Virus record (IMG/VR): IMGVR_UViG_3300005613_002794
Coordinates: 1-56,524 of that record
Strand: one strand, 5' to 3'
From: a virus
Taxonomy: Duplodnaviria > Caudoviricetes
Length of the DNA stretch: 56,524 nt
In this document: piece after piece, positions 27,824 through 35,978 of the stretch
How the letters are laid out: the number at the start of each line of letters is the position of its first letter
Numbering within the stretch: the stretch's first letter is position 1
Notes under the pieces: generated by a model
What the model saw: the letters and a program-made list of their open reading frames with translations, nothing else
Database searches by the model: none
What the model was told of the DNA's origin: nothing
Made by a program: the position numbers and the translations under genes

Positions 27824-28146
27824 AACAGTACAAAACAGTATATCTCAGTGGTAGTATTTCTGGCCGCATCCAAGGGATCGCAGAGTTCCACTTCAAAGCA
27901 GTCCAGCGTTGGATCGAGGAGCAGACAGGCGCTTATGTCTACAACCCAATGGAGTTTAAGGAGCGTGATTGCTGGGAGGATTACATGCGAGACGGTATCT
28001 CAGCTTTGATGGACTCTGATGCTATCCTGATGCTGGATGGTTGGCAAGAGAGCAGGGGTGCTTCTCTGGAGAGGCATATCGCTCTTGAACTCAAGATTCC
28101 TGTCTTCTACGAACACACTACGCCATGGGTTTCTTCAGAAAACTAA
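27820..28146 (+). CDS. DUF4406 / nucleoside deoxyribosyltransferase-like protein
   Basis: VYLSG.ISG, YNP, W..YM, DAI.ML.GW..S.GA.LE. Confidence 0.8.
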   Translation: MKQYKTVYLSGSISGRIQGIAEFHFKAVQRWIEEQTGAYVYNPMEFKERDCWEDYMRDGISALMDSDAILMLDGWQESRGASLERHIALELKIPVFYEHTTPWVSSEN

Positions 28147-28243
28147 TTTACGCAACCATAATCCCTCAAGATGTGAGGGAAGCAATCAAGATTGACGAGC
28201 TAAAGAAACTCAACGAACAAAAAGAAAAGGACAAGAAGAAGAA

Positions 28244-28471
28244 ATGAGCGACAAAACTTATGACCTCCTGAACACTTTCATTGTGACCCTTGGCATTTTA
28301 GGCTTCTCCTGGATCGCACTAAACGCGGTGGATAAGGCTGCTGCTCGTAAGCACTCCGAGGAGATCTATCGTCTGGAGATCAAGGAGATTGAAGCCAACG
28401 CTCGCATGAAACTGTCTGACATGATCATTGATCTGAACGAAACCATTTTGAGCTTGAAGGAGCAACTGTAA
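28244..28471 (+). CDS. Small membrane-anchored protein
   Basis: N-terminal hydrophobic segment then coiled coil. Confidence 0.55.
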   Translation: MSDKTYDLLNTFIVTLGILGFSWIALNAVDKAAARKHSEEIYRLEIKEIEANARMKLSDMIIDLNETILSLKEQL

Positions 28472-28475
28472 AAGA

Positions 28476-28982
28476 ATGAGCACTTACGATTTCAAAGACG
28501 GTAACGGTCCTGTCCCTGCTCATCAACACACTAACCCTGATGGTTCTGTCGGTGGCTGGGTAGCTGATACTGCCACCGTCGCTGATACTGCCTACATCGG
28601 TCGTGATGCCAAGGTGTCTGGTGATGCCTTGGTGTATGATAATGCCTGGGTGTTTGATGATGCCTTGGTGTATGGTAATGCCAAGGTGTATGGTGATGCC
28701 AAGGTGTATGGTAATGCCTTGGTGTATGATAATGCCTGGGTGTTTGATGATGCCTTGGTGTATGGTAATGCCAAGGTGTATGGTGATGCCAAGGTGTATG
28801 GTAATGCTGAGGTTTTTGGTAATGCCAAGGTGTTTGGTAATGCCTTGGTGTATGATAATGCCTGGGTGTTTGATGATGCCTTGGTGTATGGTAATGCCAA
28901 GGTGTATGGTAATGCCAAGGTGTGCGGTCATGCCTGGGTGTTTGATGATTCTGTATTGAGTACAGGAACCCACAAGGAATAA
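28476..28982 (+). CDS. Hexapeptide-repeat (left-handed beta-helix) protein
   Basis: GPVPAHQHTNPDGSVGGWVADTA then VYGNAK-type repeats. Confidence 0.8.
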   Translation: MSTYDFKDGNGPVPAHQHTNPDGSVGGWVADTATVADTAYIGRDAKVSGDALVYDNAWVFDDALVYGNAKVYGDAKVYGNALVYDNAWVFDDALVYGNAKVYGDAKVYGNAEVFGNAKVFGNALVYDNAWVFDDALVYGNAKVYGNAKVCGHAWVFDDSVLSTGTHKE

Positions 28983-28984
28983 CG

Positions 28985-29581
28985 ATGAACAAGAAAGAAG
29001 TTATCAAGAGCCTGGAATCCATTATCGAGGCTTTGAGTGCTGAGGAGCAAGAAGAAATCACTACCTTTGATTTTGGTAGTGGACCTGTTCCTGCTCATCA
29101 ACACACTAACCCTGATGGGTCAATCGGTGGTTGGGTAGCGGATACAGCTAAAGTAGAACCTAATGTTTATATCGGCTCTAATGCTAGGGTTTTTGGCGAA
29201 GCTTGGGTTTATGGTAATGCTCAGGTTTATGGTGAAGCTTGGGTTTATGGTGAAGCTCGGGTTTGGGGTAAAGCCTGTGTGCTTGGTAATGCTCGGGTTT
29301 ATGGTTATGCTGAGGTTTATGGTAATGCTTGGGCTTATGATAAAGCTCGGGTTTATGATAAAGCTCTAGTTTATGGTAATGCTGAGGTTTTTGGTAATGC
29401 CGAGGTTTATGGTACTGCCCAGGTTTCTGGTACTGCCCAGGTGTCTGGTTTTGCCAGGGTGTATGGTAATGCCTTGGTTTCTGGTAATGCTGAGGTTTGT
29501 GGTAATGCTGAGGTTTATGGTAATGCTCTAGTGTTTGGAGATGCTGGAGAGCATTACCATAGTGACTATAATGAGGACTAA
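28985..29581 (+). CDS. Hexapeptide-repeat protein, paralog 2
   Basis: Same cap motif and VYG.A. repeats. Confidence 0.8.
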   Translation: MNKKEVIKSLESIIEALSAEEQEEITTFDFGSGPVPAHQHTNPDGSIGGWVADTAKVEPNVYIGSNARVFGEAWVYGNAQVYGEAWVYGEARVWGKACVLGNARVYGYAEVYGNAWAYDKARVYDKALVYGNAEVFGNAEVYGTAQVSGTAQVSGFARVYGNALVSGNAEVCGNAEVYGNALVFGDAGEHYHSDYNED

Positions 29582-29584
29582 GCA

Positions 29585-30100
29585 ATGAAATACGAAGAGA
29601 TCAAAGTCCACAAGATCAAGACAGCGGAAATGTATGTGAATGCCTGGTACATCATGCAGGAAGAATTCCCTGATCACAGGGACACAGATCTCTTGAGTGA
29701 ATACGAGTGGATTCTAGTAGCCACAATCGAGCAGAACCAACCGCTGATCAGGGGAAAGAAACAAAAACTAATCGGCGTGATAACAGCGAACAAGTATATC
29801 CCAAAAAAAGCTCTACTGTGTGATATAGTAGTATCCCCAGGATATAGATCCAAAGGAGTAGGAATCAAGATGCTAAAAGAGATGGGCATCATGCTGAGAC
29901 AACAAGGATATACTCACCTTATGGGATTCACACCTAAGAAGAATACAGAAGCTCTCAATACATACAAGAGAGTACACACACACCAAGAAGAAATGATCAT
30001 TACCTCTAGTGAACTAGATGTAAGCATACCACACATCGAACAACTAGAAGCTAAACTAAAATACAGAGATAAGAGAACCAAGAGACAATCACGAAGGTAA
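29585..30100 (+). CDS. GNAT acetyltransferase
   Basis: VSPGYRSKGVG motif A, N..A...Y. Confidence 0.8.
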   Translation: MKYEEIKVHKIKTAEMYVNAWYIMQEEFPDHRDTDLLSEYEWILVATIEQNQPLIRGKKQKLIGVITANKYIPKKALLCDIVVSPGYRSKGVGIKMLKEMGIMLRQQGYTHLMGFTPKKNTEALNTYKRVHTHQEEMIITSSELDVSIPHIEQLEAKLKYRDKRTKRQSRR

Positions 30101-30144
30101 AAGAGGTAGAAAAGAATAGAGAAAAAGGTACAAAAAAGGGTAGT

Positions 30145-30420
30145 ACCAAAAAGTCAAAGTAGAGGCACCCCATATACCCACCCCCCTGAAAAGTAAACCA
30201 AAAAGTCAAAGTATTGAGTTTGAGTATACAAAATACTATACAGGGGACCAAAAAGTCAAATTAGGGGTTCTGAAAATAAGTTGTTTGCTTGACCCAAACT
30301 AAATTCCCACTTTCTCCCACATCCCCCCACTAAACTAAATTCTGTTTTTCTCCCACCCCACCGAACTAAATTTAGAACTAATTCGGTCCACACCGAATAA
30401 AAGTAAACCAAAAAGTCAAA
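30145..30420 (+). repeat. Four ACCAAAAAGTCAAA direct repeats in A-rich non-coding DNA
   Basis: Copies at 30145, 30197, 30247, 30407; fifth at 11253. Confidence 0.85.
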
Positions 30421-30557
30421 CCTGGAAATTGAAATAAATGCATTTTAAAGCACTTTAGTAGGAGCTAGACTCAAATAGTCTAATTTTAAAACCACCTATC
30501 ACAACAAATTAGGATATGGTTTAAAAAACTCCTAAGGAATAAATCCAACTAGATAAG

Positions 30558-30595
30558 AAAAACCCTCTAGGCTATTTAAAGTCTAGAGGGTTTTT
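30558..30595. terminator. Bidirectional intrinsic terminator
   Basis: AAAAACCCTCTAG...CTAGAGGGTTTTT between convergent regions. Confidence 0.8.
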
Positions 30596-30641
30596 CTATT
30601 TAGTCTGAATTAAATTCAGCGAAGCATATCAGGACTTACTT

Positions 30642-30836
30642 TTACTGAAAAGCTTCCCAATCTTCTTCGTTATCGTAATCGTCGAACATATCGTCAAGCG
30701 CTTGACGATAATAGTCTGCGGTACTAATGCTCTGGAAAGTAGCATTCTCTCGCGTTGCAGTGTAGTAAACCGCTTCCCGATAAGAATCCACAACAAGGGT
30801 AGATCCATCCTCAAACCGAACCTCGAACTTTTTCAT
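30642..30836 (-). CDS. Small acidic leaderless protein (array unit)
   Basis: TTGCAA-17-TATAAT-6-ATG, MKKFEVRF... Confidence 0.7.
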   Translation of the reverse strand: MKKFEVRFEDGSTLVVDSYREAVYYTATRENATFQSISTADYYRQALDDMFDDYDNEEDWEAFQ

Positions 30837-30902
30837 GCCCCTATTATACCTCACGTGGCCTAGAATTGCAAGAGAAACCCGTGGGAATTTTTTGGTTCCC
30901 GT

Positions 30903-30984
30903 CGTAAGTGGTTGTAAATAAAGGACTTATGGCGCGCCGCCGCCCGCAGGCCGATCCTAAACCCTTGGGGGATAAGCACTTAGG
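30903..30984 (-). repeat. Composite palindromic element copy 1 (inverted, two 11-7-11 sites)
   Basis: CGTAAGTGGTT-GTAAATA-AAGGACTTATG and CCTAAACCCTT-GGGGGAT-AAGCACTTAGG. Confidence 0.8.
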
Positions 30985-30993
30985 ACCTCGCCC

Positions 30994-31215
30994 CTAGGGC
31001 CTAGAATCCTTGTAAAAAGGCGTCAGGGAGTTAGTGTAAGCTCGGACGGGGGAACATTCTTCGTCGCAATCGTTACACCAGTAAAAATCGTTGGCATAAT
31101 TGTTTTCGATACCTTCCTCCCAACCGTTATCTTCGTTCATTTCCAGGAGAACAGAAAACTCCTGGAGAACGTTATCGCTACCGCATTGGCTACAAGTCCA
31201 GCTATCTTTTTTCAT
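30994..31215 (-). CDS. Zinc-finger protein
   Basis: CSQCGSDNV...WCNDC. Confidence 0.65.
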   Translation of the reverse strand: MKKDSWTCSQCGSDNVLQEFSVLLEMNEDNGWEEGIENNYANDFYWCNDCDEECSPVRAYTNSLTPFYKDSRP

Positions 31216-31877
31216 CAGTGAGAAAGGAATCGAACGGTTTTTTTAGCAGTCCAGCACAATCCACAATCGGCGCAGGACTTTGCTTTAGCAGTCTGTTCGG
31301 GACAATCGAAAGAAGAACCCTCGAAAGATTCTTCCGCAGCATAAAGCCAACCCGTAATGGTATCGGCTTCGAAGTTGCCAGAATGGCGAATAACACAACG
31401 CTCGGAAAAGCGGTTATTCAGGAGCCAGATAGCCTTGCCGATCTTAGTTTGATCCTGGCGAGCAGTATATCCGAAGATCGCAAGTTTAGGATATTCCAGC
31501 AACATCTCTTGCCAGAACTCGACATAATCGGTGGAGTAGAAGTCTCCGAGAACATGCAAACGAATAAGGATTCCGTCCTTATGTTTCGCCATTAGTTTGG
31601 CGATATCGTCGCGCAGCTTATCCTCTAAACCGTTCACGTTGTAACGGTGTGCGAAGGGCATATTGTTACCATAACAGTCTGCCCAATGGTGACAGCTAGT
31701 GGGGCAAGTTTCCCGTTCAGTAAGGGTAAGGGAGAAGATACGCTTTCCCTTGTGCCGACCTTTCGAGACTTTCCAACCGAGCTTCTTGTTGTTCGAGCCA
31801 GGCTTGAGAACGTGGAGAGTGTCCCAGACAGACTTGATGGACTTGAGGTAGCGCGTGGTCAGGAGAGTGTTAGTCAT
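31215..31877 (-). CDS. GP88-like Cys-rich protein (leaderless)
   Basis: N.KLG, TCP.SC....CY, RLHV.GDF, YT, C..CGLC; own promoter. Confidence 0.7.
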   Translation of the reverse strand: MTNTLLTTRYLKSIKSVWDTLHVLKPGSNNKKLGWKVSKGRHKGKRIFSLTLTERETCPTSCHHWADCYGNNMPFAHRYNVNGLEDKLRDDIAKLMAKHKDGILIRLHVLGDFYSTDYVEFWQEMLLEYPKLAIFGYTARQDQTKIGKAIWLLNNRFSERCVIRHSGNFEADTITGWLYAAEESFEGSSFDCPEQTAKAKSCADCGLCWTAKKTVRFLSH

Positions 31878-31936
31878 GCGTGTATTATACCCGACTTTGG
31901 GCCAATGTCAAGCCTGGGAAGAAGTTTTTTTTCGAT

Positions 31937-32002
31937 CCTAAGTCCTTATCCCCCAAGGGTTTACGACCGCTTCGCGGGCGGCCGCGCCTGCCAATATGGC
32001 AG
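31937..32002 (+). repeat. Composite element copy 2 (CTGCCA..TGGCAG tail)
   Basis: CCTAAGTCCTTATCCCCCAAGGGTTTACGACCGCTTCGCGGGCGGC. Confidence 0.9.
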
Positions 32003-32015
32003 TCAAGGAAAAAAA

Positions 32016-32098
32016 TGGTGGAGGCGCAGGGAATCGAACCCTGGTCTTAACTAGTTCCCGTGTAGGGTCTTAGCTAGTCGAACAACCATATCGCCCCC
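32016..32098 (-). ncRNA. tmRNA tRNA-like-domain-only RNA (83 nt)
   Basis: GGGGGCG-ATATGGTTGTTCGAC...GAC-CAGGG-TTCGATT-CCCTG-CGCCTCC-ACCA; G3:U70 pair; no D stem; short closed helix 2. Confidence 0.8.
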
Positions 32099-32172
32099 GA
32101 AGGGTGGCGGAGGGTAGCCCTTCTGCTGTGGCCCACTTACCTCCAGCATGAGACAGACCCTCCGCCGATCAT

Positions 32173-32406
32173 TCACCGACCGCGACGGCCAAGGCCACCC
32201 TGGGTGGCGAGGTGAGCAGCAGAGGCACCGAGGCGCCGATCCCCGTCCATCGGGAGGAGACGCCGCAGAGATTTGTAAGCCTCAAGGCACTCCATCGCGT
32301 TGATGTTTGAGTTGGGATCATCGTAGAGGTCAGCGAAAAGCTCTCCAACTTGGACGGAGAGACCTTGAATCTTAGCCAACAGGGCGTCCTTGTTGAAATC
32401 TTTCAT
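32173..32406 (-). CDS. Leaderless hypothetical protein (array unit)
   Basis: TTGACA...GGTATAAT-6-ATG. Confidence 0.65.
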   Translation of the reverse strand: MKDFNKDALLAKIQGLSVQVGELFADLYDDPNSNINAMECLEAYKSLRRLLPMDGDRRLGASAAHLATQGGLGRRGR

Positions 32407-32459
32407 GGGTGTATTATACCGCAGGGAAGGGAGTTTGTCAAGGGGAAAAGGGAAGAAAC

Positions 32460-32603
32460 CTAGTAGGCGTCGTCGCACCAATCGTCGCAATCGGGATCAT
32501 CTTGCCAATCCTCACAGCCTTCCTCCTCGATGGCATAGAAGCCTTCCTCGATCATGCGGTAGAAGCTGTCGGCTTGCTCGTAGTAATCGTTTTCGTTTTC
32601 CAT
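32460..32603 (-). CDS. Very acidic 47-aa leaderless protein
   Basis: MENENDYYEQADSF...DDWCDDAY; own promoter. Confidence 0.65.
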   Translation of the reverse strand: MENENDYYEQADSFYRMIEEGFYAIEEEGCEDWQDDPDCDDWCDDAY

Positions 32604-32644
32604 GCGTGTATTATACCAGAAGAAGGCTCGTTTGTCAAGGGGAA

Positions 32645-32860
32645 TCAGAGAGAAAACGGAAGTTCGCAACCCTCGCGCTGCCAACGACTTGCAATGGCGC
32701 TCATGTGGTAGCTGGCAAGGGAATCGGGCATATCGAGCCCGTGGACGCGGTAGTCCGCACAGGCATCACGGTAGGGCATCCACAACAGCCCAAACCCATC
32801 GGCTTCAATGGCATCGAGGAGGCGAGAGAGCTTGCTGGGCAGGTGAGTCGTTTTCTTCAT
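32645..32860 (-). CDS. Leaderless hypothetical protein
   Basis: TGTGGTATAAT-6-ATG. Confidence 0.6.
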   Translation of the reverse strand: MKKTTHLPSKLSRLLDAIEADGFGLLWMPYRDACADYRVHGLDMPDSLASYHMSAIASRWQREGCELPFSL

Positions 32861-32919
32861 GTGTGTATTATACCACACTCTTGGGGGATTGCAGGCGTGT
32901 GGTGCGAAAAACTTTCTGC

Positions 32920-33002
32920 CCTAAGTCCTTGTCCCCCAAGGGTTTAGGACCGCTTCGCGGGCGGCGCGGATGCCCTAACCCTAGTATTGACAAGGGTTTA
33001 GG
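32920..33002 (+). repeat. Composite element copy 3 (two 11-7-11 sites, 54 bp apart)
   Basis: Core plus CCTAACCCTAG-TATTGAC-AAGGGTTTAGG. Confidence 0.9.
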
Positions 33003-33020
33003 TTCACCCACTAAAAAATA

Positions 33021-33280
33021 GCACTCAACCGCTAAAAACTAGCGGTTGAGTGCATCCGAGACGCCCCTTGCAAAGAGCTTCTCGGCCTGCCTCGGCCCTA
33101 GCCGCCTCAGCCAGTTTAATAAATCACGCACCGCTCTAGACTATCGCGCGCGACCCGATAGTGTTGCGGTGTGGAGGAGCTACCTCCGCGTGTCCCCCAA
33201 AGGGTGGGGCTTTCGCCTCGCTACCCTTCGGGACGCTCTGGGCCTAGTCACCTATTTAGCCTCGCCCAGTCGAGGATGGG
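33021..33280 (-). ncRNA. Candidate structured non-coding RNA
   Basis: Dense series of GC-rich hairpins and a 14-bp terminal stem. Confidence 0.4.
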
Positions 33281-33282
33281 AT

Positions 33283-33516
33283 TCACGCCCCCATGTAGCG
33301 GTGGTTCAATCCGCTCTTGGTCACGAACTGGCGGGAGTTGGCATAGTGCCGATTCCACGCGTGCTTGCAAGCGTTCAGCGTTCCCGTGTAGGTGTTTCGC
33401 TGTTCTTGTAGGTCGAAGATGGTGTAGACCGCATTTGCGGCGTTGCCCTTACCGACTCGAATCATGACCGCATTCTGGTTCGAACGCACGATGTTAGTGA
33501 TGATGAAGTTGATCAT
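33283..33516 (-). CDS. Hypothetical protein (SD-led, own promoter)
   Basis: AGGAGA SD; TTGACA..TATAAT at about 33562-33590. Confidence 0.65.
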   Translation of the reverse strand: MINFIITNIVRSNQNAVMIRVGKGNAANAVYTIFDLQEQRNTYTGTLNACKHAWNRHYANSRQFVTKSGLNHRYMGA

Positions 33517-33586
33517 TGTTTGATTTCTCCTATTGGAAATAAGGTTGGTGAACGAGCCCCCATTATACCATGGGGACCGTGTGCTG

Positions 33587-33961
33587 TCAAGCGTTGGCTT
33601 CGAAGTTCTTGACGATGTTGGCGATCTTGGCCTGGATGCGAGCGTCGATATCGCTCAGACGCTGCTCACCGCTGGAGAGGGTTTCCTCTGCCTCACTGAC
33701 TTCCATGTTGATCTTGTCGATCCAACGCTCATGCTTGGCGATGCGAGCCTGTCCCGACTGGGGACCGTTGCCAAGCACCTTCTTGGCCTCGCGGATCTGC
33801 TTCTGGATGATGGCCTTGTTCTCCAGCATGGTGGCAACGTCGGGGTTGCTGCTGGCGTCCTTCTTGGCTTGCTTGATGCGAAGACGCTCAAGCTTGGCCT
33901 CGGTTTCCGCGATGATCTCGGCAGGGGTGCGCTGGCCGCGCTTAGTGATGTTGTCTTTCAT
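33587..33961 (-). CDS. Coiled-coil leaderless protein
   Basis: TTGACT..GGTATAAT-6-ATG. Confidence 0.7.
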   Translation of the reverse strand: MKDNITKRGQRTPAEIIAETEAKLERLRIKQAKKDASSNPDVATMLENKAIIQKQIREAKKVLGNGPQSGQARIAKHERWIDKINMEVSEAEETLSSGEQRLSDIDARIQAKIANIVKNFEANA

Positions 33962-34015
33962 GGTCGTATTATACCTCAGGTTAGGGGTTCAGTCAACAAG
34001 AATCTGGAGAAAGTT

Positions 34016-34177
34016 TCAGATGTTGAGACCTTTGGAGCGAGCTTCCTCACGCCATGCGAGGTAGTCTTGGACCTCTTCGACAGTGTAACCATCTTCCCAG
34101 AACTCTTGGATCACCTCCGTATCCAGGTAGCCCAGGGTGGTGAAGAAGGCCTCTTGGTTCATATCGGTGTAGCTCAT
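34016..34177 (-). CDS. 53-aa acidic leaderless protein (not in ORF track)
   Basis: MSYTDMNQEAFFTTLGYLDTEVIQEFWEDGYTVEEVQDYLAWREEARSKGLNI; TATAAT-6-ATG. Confidence 0.65.
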   Translation of the reverse strand: MSYTDMNQEAFFTTLGYLDTEVIQEFWEDGYTVEEVQDYLAWREEARSKGLNI

Positions 34178-34236
34178 GCGCGTATTATATCACGGATCGA
34201 GGCCATTGCAAGCCTGGGAAGAAGTTTTCTTTCGAT

Positions 34237-34319
34237 CCTAAGTCTTTATCCCCCAAGGGTTTAGGACCGCTTCGCGGGCGGCGCGGATGCCCTAACCCTA
34301 GTATTGACAAGGGTTTAGG
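34237..34319 (+). repeat. Composite element copy 4 (two sites)
   Basis: Near-identical to copy 3. Confidence 0.9.
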
Positions 34320-34466
34320 ACCGTTTTCGGCAGTTTGCGTGCACACGAAATTTTGCGTGCGCACGGAATCTACCCGACTGCCGTTGAGCATGGGCCTACA
34401 TGTAGAGCCAAGCTATGCACGCACCGAAGAACAACACGTTGCACAGCACGCGGTAAGCACGACTCT

Positions 34467-34730
34467 TCAATAGATCAGTCCGCCGCTGCTGTTCAACCTC
34501 GCGACGTATTCTTCACGCAAGGCGTTGTGCTTGCGCGTGAGCACGGGGATCTCCTCAGCAGGGACGAAGGCCCCCCAGAGCGTGTTGACACCGTTGTCCA
34601 GGATCTCAAGATGCACGAGTTCGTTGGATTGAGGACGAACGGCGAACCAGATGTCTTGGATGAGGATGTTGGTAGGGATGTCGTGGATGGATGACATGAT
34701 CAGCATTTGGCTAGGTTGTTGTGTTTCCAT
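34467..34730 (-). CDS. Leaderless hypothetical protein (METQ...)
   Basis: TTGACA..TATAAT-GAGCAAC-ATG. Confidence 0.65.
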   Translation of the reverse strand: METQQPSQMLIMSSIHDIPTNILIQDIWFAVRPQSNELVHLEILDNGVNTLWGAFVPAEEIPVLTRKHNALREEYVARLNSSGGLIY

Positions 34731-34769
34731 GTTGCTCATTATACCACAAGGGACAGGGGTTGTCAAGGA

Positions 34770-34976
34770 CTAATCCGTGCAAACTTCAACGTACCAGCCG
34801 TCCAGCGCGGGCCAGGAATCGCGGATGCCAAGCCAAGCGCCGATTTCCTTGCGGACGAACTCGTACATCTCCTTTTTGGTGGAACCCTCTGGAACTACGA
34901 CAAAGTAGGTATCGTAGTAACGGCCAGATTGGATCTTTTCGAACGAAGAGACGTTCAGCTCTTTGCTTTCTTTCAT
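34770..34976 (-). CDS. Leaderless protein, paralog of 36565..36747
   Basis: FEKIQSGRYYDTY...GWYVEVCTD. Confidence 0.7.
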   Translation of the reverse strand: MKESKELNVSSFEKIQSGRYYDTYFVVVPEGSTKKEMYEFVRKEIGAWLGIRDSWPALDGWYVEVCTD

Positions 34977-35035
34977 GGGTACATTATACCACATCCTGGG
35001 CAAATGTCAAGGGGTCAGGTGGATCTTTTTGTCGT

Positions 35036-35100
35036 CCTAAGTCCTTGTCCCCCAAGGGGTTAGGACCGCTTCGCGGGCGGCTGGCCTGCCATTATGGCAG
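35036..35100 (+). repeat. Composite element copy 5
   Basis: Core plus CTGCCATTATGGCAG. Confidence 0.9.
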
Positions 35101-35247
35101 ATTGTGTGCTTGGTCCTCGATAGCTTCAATGAGGGCACGGTAGTCCATAGGACCGAGGGGAGTAGTTCCTGGGGCTGTGCTCTCAGCGACCCACTGGCCG
35201 ACTTCGATGCAACGGATTTCCCAGAAATTCATATTGCTATCGTACAT
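35092..35247 (-). CDS. 51-aa leaderless protein (not in ORF track)
   Basis: MYDSNMNFWEIRCIEVGQW...QAHNLP; TATAAC-7-ATG; stop lies inside the element tail. Confidence 0.55.
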   Translation of the reverse strand: MYDSNMNFWEIRCIEVGQWVAESTAPGTTPLGPMDYRALIEAIEDQAHNLP

Positions 35248-35319
35248 GCTTTGTGTTATACCACGGGGGTAGCAGTATGCTGATCGGTGTCAAGAAGAGC
35301 GTTCAAGCCTTTTTATTTG

Positions 35320-35919
35320 TTAGTTGCCAGAAACCCAAGCTTTACCAAAAACTAGAGCATTATCACAAACCCGAGCTTTACCAAAAACTAGAGCATTACC
35401 ATGAACCGAAGCATTATCAAAAACTAGAGCTTCACCGTAAACCCTAACTTCATCATAGGCCCAAGCTTTACCAAAAACCTGAGCTTTACCATAAACCCGA
35501 GCTTTACCATAAACCCGAGCATTACCATAAACCCGAGCTTCATCATAAACCCGAGCTTCATCATAAACCCTAGCTTCATCATAAACCCTAGCTTCACCAA
35601 AAACCTGAGCTTTACCGTAAACCCGAGCATTACCAAAAACCCTAGCTTTACCATAAATCCAAGTTTCACCAAAAACCTGAGCTTTACCGTAAACCGAAGC
35701 ATTACCCCAAACCCGAGCATTACCAAAAACCTGAGCTTTACCGTAAACCCGAGCATAACCAAGAACTAAAGCTTCCCCGAAAACCCTAGCATTGGGACCA
35801 ATATAAGCAGTAGGTTCTACGATAGCTGTATCAGCTACCCAACCACCAATTGATCCATCAGGATTAATATGACGCTTCGCAGCCAGAAGGGGAACGTTCA
35901 GCTCTTTGCTTTCTTTCAT
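35320..35919 (-). CDS. Hexapeptide-repeat protein, paralog 3 (chimeric N-terminus)
   Basis: MKESKELNV shared with 34976 gene, then HINPDGSIGGWVADTA and repeats. Confidence 0.8.
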   Translation of the reverse strand: MKESKELNVPLLAAKRHINPDGSIGGWVADTAIVEPTAYIGPNARVFGEALVLGYARVYGKAQVFGNARVWGNASVYGKAQVFGETWIYGKARVFGNARVYGKAQVFGEARVYDEARVYDEARVYDEARVYGNARVYGKARVYGKAQVFGKAWAYDEVRVYGEALVFDNASVHGNALVFGKARVCDNALVFGKAWVSGN

Positions 35920-35978
35920 GGGTGTATTATACCACACTTCGGGGCGATTACAAGTCTGGAGGTGGATCTTTTTGCACT

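Noticed and set aside
28425-29585. Alternative-frame and antisense ORFs (MVMPRC, HYHTP, GITIH repeats)
   Set aside because: By-products of the stop-free 18-bp repeat.
32016-32098. Ordinary tRNA-Ala or two-piece permuted tmRNA
   Set aside because: No D stem or canonical anticodon arm; both acceptor strands are in normal order on one short piece.
28476-35919. Diversity-generating retroelement acting on hexapeptide genes
   Set aside because: No reverse transcriptase in the window and no template/variable pair differing only at adenines.
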